The translations under genes were made by a program, and so were the position numbers. Below the pieces are notes generated by a model. That model worked only from the letters and a program-made list of their open reading frames with translations. It was not told the origin of the DNA and did not search any database. Source: Tubiluchus corallicola (Eukaryota; Animalia; Priapulida). Taken from it: a DNA stretch of 35,175 nucleotides. Numbering within the stretch: position 1 is the first letter of the stretch; every line of letters begins with the position of its first letter. The DNA lies in assembly GCA_030141605.1 (NCBI GenBank), contig JAQGDQ010001547.1, forward strand, positions 1-35,175. The letters are read 5' to 3'. This document shows positions 13,569 to 24,884 of this stretch, in pieces.

Positions 13569-15200
13569 GTAAGTATCTGGTCAATGATTTTGACCATCTT
13601 TCACTCTCAGTCTCTTACATCATCCAGACTTCTTCCCATTGTTTCTTTTTCCAGAGATCTAAGTGTCTGGTCTTTAATTTTATCTATCTTTCACTATCTC
13701 TGATGTCATCGGGACCTTTTCCCATTGTTTCTGTTTCCAGAGATCTAAGTGTCTGGTCCTTGATTTTGACCGTCTTTCACCATCTCTGATGTCATCGAGA
13801 CCTTTTCCCATTGTTTCTGCTTCCGGGGGCCTAAGTGTCTGGTCTTTGATTTTATCTGTCTTTCACTATCTCTGACGTCGAGACCTCTTCCCATTGTTTC
13901 TGCTTCTGGAGATCCAAGTGTCTGGTCCTTGATTTTATCCATCTTTCACTATCTCTGCGTCATCAAGACCTCTTCCCATTGTTTTTGCTTCCAGAGATCT
14001 AAATGTCTGGTCTTTGATTTTATCCACCTTTCACTATCTCTGACATCATCGACTCTTCCCATTTTTTCTGCTTCTAGAAATCTAAGTGTCTGGTCCTTGA
14101 TTTTCAACATCTCTCACTGTCTCTGACGTCATCGAGACCTCTTCCCATTTTTTCGGCTTCTAGAAATCTAAGTGTCTGGTCCTTGATTTTCACCATCTTT
14201 CACTATCTCTGACGTCATCGAGACCTCTTCCCAGTTTTTCTGCTTCCAGAAATCTAAGTGTCTGGTCCTTGATTTTTACCATCATTCACTATCTCTGACG
14301 TCATCGAGACCTCTTCCCAGTTTTTCTGCTTCCAGAAATCTAAGTGTCGGGTCCTTGATTTTTACCATCATTCACTATCTCTGACGTCATCGAGACCTCG
14401 TCCCATTTTTTCTGCTTCCAGAAATCTAAGTGTCTGGTCCTTGATTTTCACCATCTTTCACTGTCTCTGACGTCATCGAGACCTCTTCCCATTGTTTCTG
14501 CTTCCAGAAATCTAAGTGTCTGGTCCTTGATTTTCACCATCTTTCACTGTCTCTGACGTCATCGAGACCTCTTCCCATTGTTTCTGCTTTCGGAGATCTA
14601 AGTGTCTGGTCCTTGATTTTCACCATCTTTCACTGTCTCTAACGTCATCGAGACCTCTTCCCATTGTTTCTGCTTTCGGAGATCTAAATGTCTGGTCCTT
14701 GATTTTCACCATCTTTCACTGTCTCTGACGTCATCGAGACCTCTTCCCATTGTTTCTGCTTTCGGAGATCTAAATGTCTGGTCCTTGATTTTCACCATCT
14801 TTCACTGTCTCTGACGTCATCGAGACCTCTTCCCATTGTTTCTGCTTTCGGAGATCTAAATGTCTGGTCCTTGATTTTCACCATCTTTCACTATCTCTGA
14901 CGTCATCGAGACCTCTTCCCATTGTTTCTGCTTTCGGAGATCTAAGTGTCTGGTCCTTGATTTTCACCATCTTTCACTGTCTCTAACGTCATCGAGACCT
15001 CTTCCCATTGTTTCTGCTTTCGGAGATCTAAATGTCTGGTCCTTGATTTTCACCATCTTTCACTGTCTCTGACGTCATCGAGACCTCTTCCCATTGTTTC
15101 TGCTTTCGGAGATCTAAATGTCTGGTCCTTGATTTTCACCATCTTTCACTGTCTCTGACATCATCGAGACCTCTTCCCATTGTTTCTGCTTTCAGAGATC
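13569..15200. repeat. 86-bp minisatellite, ~19 copies, intron 6
   Basis: CTAAGTGTCTGGTC at 13659, 13745, 13831 and onward; first copy begins at the exon-6 donor; 10 copies contain TGACGTCA. Confidence 0.96.
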
Positions 15201-15311
15201 TTGGTACGGAAATTGACGGCACACTGACCTGATGAAAGGAAGCATAAAGGATCAGTGGGGCACGCCGTTTGTTAAAATATAAAACGTTCTAAATGTTTTT
15301 TCGTGTTTCAG

Positions 15312-15380
15312 AATGGGAGAACTCCTCTGGAAGTGGCACTAGGGAAGAGTGAAGGGAAAACAACAGAGATCTTGCAATAA
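15312..15380 (+). CDS. MLKL-NTD-like protein, terminal exon 7 (ankyrin-like GRTPL motif)
   Basis: TTTTTTCGTGTTTCAG| acceptor phase 0; NGRTPLEVALGKSEGKTTEILQ*. Confidence 0.75.
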   Translation, partial: NGRTPLEVALGKSEGKTTEILQ

Positions 15381-15917
15381 TGAAGCTAATGTATGACTCA
15401 ACATGTACCACGTGATTATGCAACAGTGAAGCTAATGTATGACTCAACATGTACCACGTGATTATGCAACAGTGAAGCTAATGTATGACTCAACATGTAC
15501 CACGTGATTATGCAATAATGGAACCAATGACTCAACATGTACCATGTGATCTTGCAATAATGAAGCTAATGTATGACTCAACATGTACCACATGACCTTG
15601 CAACAATGAAGCTAACATGTACCATGTGATCTTGCAATAATGGAGCTAATGTATGACTCAACATGTACCACGTGACCTTGCAACAATGAAGCTACGATGT
15701 ACCACGTGATTATGCTACAATGGAGCTAATGTATGACTCAACATGTACCACGTGATTATGCAACAGTGAAGCTAATGTATGACTCAACATGTACCACGTG
15801 ATTATGCAACAGTGAAGCTAATGTATGACTCAACATATACCACGTGACCTTGCAACAATGAAGCTTACATGTACCACGTGATCTTGCAACAATGAAGCTA
15901 ATGTATGACTCAACATG
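15368..15917. repeat. 46-bp minisatellite, ~12 copies, beginning at the stop codon (3' UTR)
   Basis: Unit TGCAA(T/C)A(A/G)TGAAGCTAATGTATGACTCAACATGTACCACGTGATTA. Confidence 0.95.
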
Positions 15918-16270
15918 TTGTTTCATGCATAATTTAAAATACTCAACTATCAAGGATACATGATACCTAATTGTCTCAAAAACACCTAAGTATTGGCCGC
16001 TCCTATGCAAAAGTATATAAAAACTGTCTGCAATTGACTCAAAAACTCCGCAATTAATTCTATATTTTTATACATAGAGATATACACGTGGTTACACTGA
16101 TGTACGTGATGTAAACAAAGTGACGGCCTGCCATCTAGCTGTCAGCTTGTGAAATAATGTACTGGGTTCGTAAAAATTTTCTCAACGAATTTACACGATT
16201 TACAAAAACGGCACTACTGGTCTTCCAAAAATTCGGAATTCCACGTATCCGGGGAAAATTCTCGTCCCTG
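15918..16270 (-). mobile_element. Truncated inverted copy of the hAT-type MITE at 29467-29971
   Basis: Reverse complement aligns with 29467-29805; retains one TIR (ATTCTCGTCCCTG). Confidence 0.85.
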
Positions 16271-16403
16271 CATTGTTTTCTTTGGACTTACTTACAGTAT
16301 CCACTCACCTTAACTAAGGTACTTCTTAATTTAGGCACCTGCTGAAAAGTGCACAATTCTTACAAAAAATGGAAAAGTTTACAAAATGGAAAAGAACACC
16401 AAA

Positions 16404-16591
16404 TCAATTTTCAAACGTCTATCATATCAAAGACCAAAAGTCTGGAATGAGATTTGTCAATCCGCAAAAAAATAGCAGATCTATTACTAGATTTAAAAAA
16501 ATGCTAAAAAATCAAATTTTAAGTAAGTATCAGTGAGTAATCAAAACTTCTATCAGTATCCATCCTCACAGTAGTTGCAAAACAGTGGTGT
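16404..16591 (+). mobile_element. Second fragment of the LINE 3' end seen at 12487
   Basis: Near-identical direct copy of 12487-12672. Confidence 0.8.
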
Positions 16592-16802
16592 CTACATCCA
16601 CTCCATATTATCATTTTTTGCACATTCACACATACTTACTTGACACAGTCATATAAAAGCGTATTTTTTTTTAATTAAAACGTAAAACGCAATAATTATT
16701 ATGACATCATTCTTTCTGGGAAGCAGGACGCGGCCATGTTTTTCCGCGGTAAAAATCTCGGCCAGCGGTGCCATTTTGTATGATGGTCATTGTGTTGGAG
16801 GC

Positions 16803-17824
16803 TCAATCAATCAATCAATTTATTTAACTCCAGCAATACATATACAATACATCAACATACAATCTTATTGAAACAAAAAGAAACAGTATAAGTAAAAAAA
16901 CGTTGATGAAGTCAAATTGACCAAATAAAAGAGTTGCTGTATGACACCTTGAAAGCTTGGCTTGTTAAGGTGGCAGAAATGAGTGAATGAAAGAATGGTT
17001 ATGGTTAGTAGACATGATGGAATGGAAAAATAGTAAGATTAGGGATAGGAAGAAGGAAGAGAGGAGAGGATGAGTGAATGAAAGAATGGTTAGGGTTAGT
17101 AGACATGATGGAATGGAAAAATAGTAAGATTAGGAATAGGAAGAAGGAAGGGAGGGGAGGATGAGCGAGTGAAAGAATGGTTAGGGTTAGTAGACATGAT
17201 GGAATGGAAAAATAGTAAGATTAGAGATAGGAAGAAGGAAGGGAGGGAGGATGAGTGAATGAAAGAATGTTTAGGGTCAGAAGAAATGATGGAATGGAAA
17301 AAATAGTGAGATTAGGGATAGGAAGGGGAGGGGAGGATGAGTGAATGAAAGAATGGTTAGGGTTAGTAGACATGATGGAATGGAGAAATAGTAAGATTAG
17401 GGATAGGAAGAAGGAAGGGAGGGGAGGATGAGTGAATGAAAGAATGGTTAGGATTAGTAGACATGATGGAATGGAAAAATGGTAAGATTAGGGATAGGAA
17501 GAAGGAAGGGAGGAGAGGATGAGTGAATGAAAGAATGGTTAGGGTCAGTAGACATGATGGATTGGAAAAAATAGTAAGATTAGGGATAGGAAGAAGGAAA
17601 AGAGGAGAAGAAACGACTACAGTGTATGTTTAATTTACATAGAGGTATATTAAAATAGCATTATAATTGATTGGAGGCCATATATTGCGACTGCATGAGA
17701 CATAGAACCATTCAAATTGTATTATAAGTATGAATTAAAAATGGTCCTTTTCAAGTACTTTTTGAAACTATAAATAGTTTTGTGTATTTTTACTTGGGCA
17801 CTTATTTTATTCCAGTTACTGGGC
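16803..17824 (-). mobile_element. 3' end of another CR1/L2-group LINE with (TTGA)n tail
   Basis: Minus strand PSNWNKISAQVKIHKTIYSFKKYLKRTIFNSYL*; stem-loop TGCCACCTTAACAAGCCAAGCTTTCAAGGTGTCA; AAATAAA-(TTGA)n tail at 16803-16825. Confidence 0.75.
16980..17610. repeat. ~91-bp purine-rich minisatellite, ~7 copies, inside LINE 3' UTR
   Basis: TGAG(T/C)GA(A/G)TGAAAGAATG at 16980, 17071, 17162, 17252 and onward. Confidence 0.95.
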
Positions 17825-18754
17825 TAAATAGTATGGAATTTTCCATCAAGCCGGTGTATAGTGTCGCCACCTATACCATAATTATCGGAACATACACATT
17901 CATGATGCAAAAAGAGGCTATACAATAACTAACAATTCTGCGATAATTTACTAAGGCGAAACTAAAAAAACAAAGCGTAAAAAATGTGCATTGAACAAAT
18001 TTAAAACAATCCTGCTAACCAGCGGGAAATAAACAAACTTTCATTTCAACTGATTTCCAAATATTCCACGTTTCGGCTTGAAACATTCACAAAACTTTAA
18101 AGAAAATTTTTTTTATTTTTTCCTTCCACCCTACTGACATTTTTCAGTTCATGAGTTTTTGTGTCAGGCCTAGTATCATAATCACCTTGCAATGGCAAGC
18201 GTAGGAATCTTATTTTAGCTGTTGAAAAGCCGCTTAACTGCACCACAGTTTATTGATTGAGAAGGGCAACACTGGTATGACACAAACTTATTTGTTTTTC
18301 TTTTGTTTTGTTTATTACTGAGACACGTTCGTTATTATTTAAATGCACGTATTTTGCAGTTTGATTCAGTTCCCTATTTGAAAGTTTATTTAAATTTCTG
18401 TTTGGCTAGCTTACTTTTCACTTCATTTAATTTGTTTTTTATTATTTTTTATTTAATATTATTGTTATTATTTTGCATGTTTTTCTCATTTTGAGTTATG
18501 CATGGACGATATGACAGCTTGAATTTTGATCATTTTTATATTCATTTGTACCACATTATTTGGCTTTTACTTACCATTGCTTTTTCTTCATCATTTTCCT
18601 GTATGTTTAGATATTTTTGATTGCATTTTCATCCTTCAGTTATTTAAAGTTGATTAGTGAATTTTAAACAGATCAAGTTGCTAAGTAAAATAGTAATAAT
18701 ATAATTTCGATACTATTCATGAGTGAAATAGCTACAGTGTCATCCCAATAATTA

Positions 18755-18897
18755 CATACATCCATTGAAGGATGGCTTGACTAGTTGACCTTCTTGGTCT
18801 TTCGGCATCCTATTTCCATTGTGATAATTAAATACATCTACTTGCCTCAGTTATATCATGAATATGGAAATAAATGCACGTTTTGAATTGAATTGAA
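18755..18897 (+). mobile_element. Possible further LINE 3' tail
   Basis: Hairpin-like GC-richer segment followed by AAATAAA and (TTGAA)3; no coding remnant seen. Confidence 0.35.
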
Positions 18898-19092
18898 AAT
18901 TGGTATACAGTACCGCTACAAATGGTTGCCAAACCCATAACTCAGGTTATCGCAATTATGCCCGTTTTGGTAAGAGTAGTTTAATTTCGATTCAGTCATA
19001 GACAAAGGATTAATTTATATTTTTTCACTATAGTAGCAGTATTTTAGACTTAATTGCTGCGCTCCAAAAACTCTGCAAGAAGACTTAAAAGG

Positions 19093-20057
19093 AGCGCTAT
19101 TACACTTTCGCACCTCCTAGTTTTTTCTGGCCTATTGTTTGTTTTCACGCCTGCAGGCCAGAAAGCAGACCAACAGGCGTAATATACACCATATTCCCAT
19201 AATATTATTGGTTTATAGGCCTTACAATTCCAGATTAAAGTCATACATTACTTACCGTCATCAAACCACGTGAATAACTGTGTTTACGCCACTAATGCGC
19301 AATCGCTCTCGCGCAGTGACGTATGTGGCCCTTAACCTGTATTTTTAGTTTCTTTGCATAACTTATGATTATTATGGTTGCAGCCACAGGAGTTTGTATC
19401 GTATTACAGTGTTCCCTCGCTACTTCAAAAATATTAATTTAAAATATTTATCGCGGTATCTTCGATGACATCAGAATAGTGGTAGTGATGACGATAACGA
19501 TAAAAATAACATTGCAATAATGGTGGTGATAATGAGTTTATAAACCTAAAACGCCATTATTAGTCCTGTGTCAGTCATTATCTTTTGTTCAAAAGACTTC
19601 CCGAATTTTTTGTTTCTTCTTCACTGTATAGTCAGACCCAAGCTGGCATACACGAGGAAATTATTTTAGACGACTACAGTTATTTTAACATTAATTTTAT
19701 TTATTACTGTAATATTATTAGATTATAAAAGTAAAGGTTTTTTCTTTATTTCGTAAATGCGGTTAAGATAAAAGTGTGTCACGTGCCTTTTAAGCTAAGC
19801 CCTGACAATGCATAAACTAGTACGAAATTCGTCACGTGACTACACACACAAACAAGATGGCGATACGCCCTGTATAGGTGTAGAACTGTGAATCCAGCGT
19901 AATTATTGGTAATTATACACTAAATATATGAGTAAATTACCACGATATTAGCGGAAACATTCACTGATGACGTGAGAATAATAGAATAATGACCTACGAG
20001 CCTAGAAACGAGTAATAACCTAGAAAAAACTAGGAGGTGCGAAAGTGTAATAGCGCC
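19093..20057. mobile_element. Non-autonomous TIR DNA transposon (MITE), copy 1; Merlin- or MULE-like
   Basis: TIR GCGCTATTACACTTTCGCACCTCCTAGTTTTTTCT at both ends; flanking direct repeat CTTAAAAGG (19084-19092 and 20058-20066). Confidence 0.9.
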
Positions 20058-20337
20058 CTTAAAAGGTCTACTATCAGGACACGACCAGGCCTTCAAAATG
20101 AAAGGCAGAAGCCAAACTTAAATAAACGATTATAAGGCCAAGAATCAGCCAAGTAAGTGTCAGTTAATGCACAACAAATTTTCTGCATGCAAACGCATTT
20201 TCTCCTTAAAACTTCAAAATTTTAAAATTTAAAACACGCCTTCCAAAACAAAAGACATCTATTCGTTGAAACTTGCATTGTAACCTCAATGTAAAGTATA
20301 GTCCTGCCTTTTTTAATGGTATCAGACGACAGTGAGT

Positions 20338-21083
20338 GGCGCTATTACACTTTCACACCGCCTAGCTTTTCCTGGCCTATTGGTTCTTTTCACGCCTGCA
20401 GGCCAGAAAGCAGACGAACAGGCGTAATATACACCATATTCCCATAATATTATTGCTTTGTATGCTTTATAAGCCCGGATTAAAATCAGATTAAAATCAT
20501 GCATTACTTACGCACCGCCGCCATTAAAAGCTGCACGTGAATAACCGTGTTTACACCACTAATGCGCAATCGCTCTCGCGCAGTGACGTATGTGACCCTT
20601 AACCTGTATTTTTAGTTTCTTTGCATAATTTATGATTATTAGGGTTGCAGCTACGGGAGTTTGTATCGTATCGCGGGAAATTATTTTAGACCACTGCAGT
20701 TATTTATCATTAATTTTATTTATTACTGTAGTATTATTACTATTAGATTATAAAAAAGTAAAGGTTTTCTCTTTATTTCGTAAATGCGGTGAAGATGAAA
20801 GTGTGTCACGTGCTTTTAAGCTAGGCCCTGATAATGCATAAACTAGTACGAAATTTGTCACGTGACTAACACACACAAACAAGATGGCGATACGCCCTGT
20901 ATAGGTGTAGAACTGTGAATACAGCGTAATTATTGGTAATTATACCTCAATATATGATTAAATTATAATTAGATTAGCGGAAACATTCACTGATGACGTA
21001 AGAATAATAGAATGATGACGTACGAGCCTAAAAACGAGTAATAACCTAGAAAAAGCTAGGGGGTGCGAAAGTGTAATAGCGCC
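20338..21083. mobile_element. Same MITE family, copy 2
   Basis: GGCGCTATTACACTTTC...GAAAGTGTAATAGCGCC; perfect 8-bp TSD CAGTGAGT (20330-20337 and 21084-21091); internal sequence colinear with copy 1. Confidence 0.92.
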
Positions 21084-21640
21084 CAGTGAGTTTCTTATTT
21101 TCATCTTCTTCGTGACATGTATACAAACGGAATCACAGAATTTCTGTAATTTCCGACGGCGGCAATAAGAATACTCTTCGAGCGCAGCCGTCTGCATTTT
21201 ATTCAATACCATTCATTTTCCGTACACGATTTCAAGTAAATACTTAACTGTAAATTATTTATTTATTTCTAGTCTTTTTGCTCAATTTGTCATTTTGCAC
21301 ATCGAGCGCGTTCTTGCTGGCCTAAGCCAAAAAGAACGAACTGCCTTTTCAGTGTGCTGTTGCTGTTTTTTGTATTTTCTTTTTCGGTCGTTTCAAATGT
21401 TATTAGAAGCTTGTGTTTTTTATACTGTACCTACACACATGGACCTTAGATAAATATTAATTTATTATATTTGTCATCAGTTTATTTTATTTGTCGTCAT
21501 AAAGGTCAGTAGTTTGATATTGAATTATAGTGAATCAATAAAGCTGAGGAATTTGGTTTTGTGGACACAAATTTTAACTAGTAGCAATTTAGGTACATAG
21601 TAATCCTTTCATATTTTTGACGACAAGTTTAAGTTGTAAC

Positions 21641-22044
21641 TAGAAGTGAGCATTGTCTACCAGAAAGTGAATTCGAATCGAATTTGTGACTCCAGAATTC
21701 GAATTGAACCGAATTTCACCATTTCGAATCCCAATAAAATTTGAATTGAGTTTGAAAGATTTTCGAACAAGTTTGCGAACCAGCAGTGAAATACGGTCGT
21801 ACGAATATCATGCATGTTACTTGATTTTGCTCTGCAGTAGTTTGTTAAAAATTTTGCACAGAAACTGGAGCTAAATTGTGCTAACTGTTGCACAGAAACT
21901 GCAGCTAAATTGTGCTAACTGTATGTTGTCTAAAGCAGTTTAATGATAAAGAACGTATGTGGCTGAAGTGCTGAATTGTTCGAATCGGATTCGAAGTAAA
22001 AAAACTCGTTCGAATCGAATTCGAATGTTCGATGCCCACGCCCA
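21641..22044. mobile_element. Degenerate hAT-like MITE with subterminal TTCGAA/GAATTC palindromes
   Basis: Imperfect TIRs TAGAAGTGAGCAT / ATGCCCACGCCCA; clustered TTCGAA at both ends; partial copy at 7565-7657; TSD not convincing. Confidence 0.55.
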
Positions 22045-22168
22045 GTAGAACCAACTCAAAATACACAAAATTTAATGAACTCCGAAAAATATTTTTCCTT
22101 CAAATTTGTTTATGAAAATAGCATTAACACAAGTATTTAAGAAACAGGCGGGAAATTCGTCAACTGTG

Positions 22169-22663
22169 TTACAAGTAACAATGCAATAAGGGAGGCAAAC
22201 CGGATATCAATGCCAACGAAATCACGGACGGACTTCCGCCACCACTTCCGGCGCCGCCATTCAGCTCCTTCGAAGGCAGCGTAACGGGGGGTACGAGTTT
22301 CAATCCTTCAAGAATGGCTTCCAAACATAGATGATACACCATGTCGTCGTCTAGGCAACAGCCTTCGTACACTAATCCTCTGATGGTTTCCTTATTCTCA
22401 ACGTCCTTACCTTTGAACCAAGGACTTTGCAGCACCAGCTCTTTGTGCCACATATTTAATCCGCATTCGTAGCAGGTTTTCCTCCGTTCCACCCCCTTGT
22501 CGTCCTCGGTGCAGGAACCCAATGGAATCTCTTTCATCCTCTCTTTCAAATATTTTTCGGCCTTTATTGCTATGGTGCATCCTTGAGCTGGTGCTGTGAG
22601 TTCCATGGTGAGCAGGAGGAGGAGGAGTCGGAGTAACTCACATTCGAACCAAAATCTCCTCAT
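22169..22663 (-). CDS. Secreted, probably GPI-anchored cysteine-rich protein (164 aa), CHH/ITP-like Cys frame; paralogue A
   Basis: Signal peptide ending AQG|C; C-x12-CYEC...CC-x9-C; Gly/Ser spacer NGGAGSGGG and hydrophobic C-terminus; GC-richer than flanks; acceptor CTCTTGCTAG 18 nt upstream of ATG. Confidence 0.88.
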   Translation of the reverse strand: MRRFWFECELLRLLLLLLTMELTAPAQGCTIAIKAEKYLKERMKEIPLGSCTEDDKGVERRKTCYECGLNMWHKELVLQSPWFKGKDVENKETIRGLVYEGCCLDDDMVYHLCLEAILEGLKLVPPVTLPSKELNGGAGSGGGSPSVISLALISGLPPLLHCYL

Positions 22664-23169
22664 ACGTCAGATGAAACTTCACTAGCAAGAGTAATTGTAA
22701 TTTGTTTTTTAATTTGTAATTTATTATCACTTCAGCATGTATTTTTACATTACAATTGCATTATTATCTTTAAGTATTATGCCCTATAAGTAGAAAATGA
22801 AATATAGTTACAATAATTGTAACAGGACTACATTAGTATGCTATAGCATGATATAGTTACGGAAAAAATTCCAAATATAATTACAAAAATGTAACAGAAG
22901 TATACTAACATAGTTACTAAATTACAGCTATATACTATTAAACTACATAATAGTTTGTCAACAAGAAATAGATGTTGCACGGTGGTCAAGAAGCAAAGCT
23001 TGTAAGACCACCATGAAAAGTGAAAAAAACGACTTAATTTACAAGAGAAAGAATTATAGAAAAACAGGGAGTAGTTAAGATAAAATATTAGACAGAGATG
23101 GGGGAAAAAGAGAAAAGAAATGAATTAGAAAGAGAAAATATACGTGTACGGTTACAGAGCAATGTTTTG

Positions 23170-23940
23170 CCAAAGACAAGTCTAGACCAGACCAGACCAG
23201 ACCAGACCAGCCCTGACAAGACAAGACTAGACCAGACCAGACCAGACCAGACCAGCCCTGACAAGACAAGACCAGACCAGACCAGACCAGCCCTGACAAG
23301 ACAAGTCTAGACCAGACCAGACCAGACCAGCCCTGACAAGACAAGACTAGACCAGACCAGACCAGCCCTGACAAGACCAGACCAAACAAGATAAGATGAG
23401 GTGAGGTGAGGTGAAATGAGATTAATCCAGACGAGACAAGACAAGACAAGACAAGACAAGACAAGACAAGACAAGACAAGACAAGACAAGACAAGACAAG
23501 ACAAGACAAGACAAGACAAGACAAGACAAGACAAGACAAGACAAGACAAGACAAGACAAGACAAAAGAAGACTAGATAAGATAAGATAAGACAAAAGAAG
23601 ACTAGATAAGATAAGATAAGGAAGATAAGGTAAAATGAGGTAAATTAAGGTAAGGTAATGTAAGGTAAGGTAAGGTAAGGTGAGGTAAGGTAAGGTAAGT
23701 TAAAATAAGGTAAGGTAAGGTAAAGTAAGGTAAGGTTAGGCAAGGGAAGGTAAGGTAAGGTAAGGTAAGTTAAGGTAAAGCAAGGTAAAGTAAGGCAAGG
23801 CAAGGTAAAGTAAGGTAAAGTAAGGTAAGTTAAGGTAAAGCAAGGTAAAGTAAGGGAAGGTAAGGTAAGGTAAGTTAAGGTAAAGCAAGGTAAAGTAAGG
23901 TAAGGCCAGGTAAGGCAAGGCAAGGTAAGGTAAGGTAAGG
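23170..23940. repeat. Compound pentanucleotide microsatellite (AGACC)n-(AGACA)n-(AGATA)n-(AGGTA)n
   Basis: Directly visible; source of the SCLVL and YLTLP ORFs. Confidence 0.96.
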
Positions 23941-24107
23941 TATTTTTGTACTCTAACATGAATCTAATAAGGACAAGAATTGCGCCTGCAAAGCCACAGG
24001 AAATAACGTGCCTAAATTAATATCATAACATGAACAACAGTCACTTGACAGCATGCTATAGGATTGCTTTAATAAGCCATTTCACAGTTGCAGCGATGAT
24101 CATGAAA

Positions 24108-24730
24108 GGGTCAAAGGTCATCTGTGGCAGACAACGCGCATGCGTACACTTGACATCGCCTCGTGCTCTTATTATAGTGCCAGTTTTAACAGCTAGCTAG
24201 AACCTTACCTAGTTCACTTTTTATTGTTTCCAAACAAGATCCTGCTAGTAAATCACTCTACACACAGACTAATGCATAATTAAGTAAAATCCACGTAAAA
24301 CAACAGAAGTTATTAAACTGAAGCAGCAGACGGCTTTGCTTTACGTACAAGTCACTTGGCAGCTGCAATTAAGACGCATTGCTGTTGCACAATTAACCTT
24401 TGACCTACAGCGACTGCGCCTGCGAACAGCGATACTGTGAAAAGGCTGACTGACGGGACAGGTAAGACAAAACCGTCTGCACCATCGTCTCCATTAATTC
24501 CCTGTGTCGTACCTCCACTCTTGATATAGTACAATCCACTCACAAACTACTGCATTTAAAATTTCAAGGCAAAAATATTTGCATTTCTTTAGCTCTAATT
24601 TGCAGCTATGCCAAACAGTTTCGTACGTGTAACCAAGCAACAGGTCACAAGGTAAGAATTGGAGTCGTTATTATGACGTCATTTGTGTAGGGTTGTCTTG
24701 ACAACCACAGTGAACCACTAGGAAATGGCG
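24108..24730. promoter_or_regulatory. Candidate bidirectional promoter/regulatory region between divergent paralogues
   Basis: DR1 GGGTCA-A-AGGTCA 24108-24120; NRF1-like GCGCATGCG ~24136; CRE TGACGTCA ~24674; YY1-like AAATGGCG ~24723; outward-facing donors AG|GTAAG at 24208 (-) and ~24462, ~24651 (+). Confidence 0.45.
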
Positions 24731-24884
24731 TTGCAAGAACAAACTGACTAGTTAGTTTCACGCTTTTCACGTGGACAGAGGTCAAGAGGGGCTTTTAAAA
24801 GAAAGTAACTACGGGGGGAAGAAAAGTGATAATTTTGTTTCTGGTCTGCAACATTTATTGCCACTTGTTCAACCCACAAGTAAT

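Noticed and set aside
15196-15282. KDQWG ankyrin-like fragment upstream of exon 7
   Set aside because: No phase-compatible acceptor/donor pair; both nearby AG acceptors lead to immediate stops
16980-17610. GGTTAGGGTTAG telomere-like motif
   Set aside because: Only about two units per 91-bp monomer inside a LINE 3' UTR; not a telomeric array
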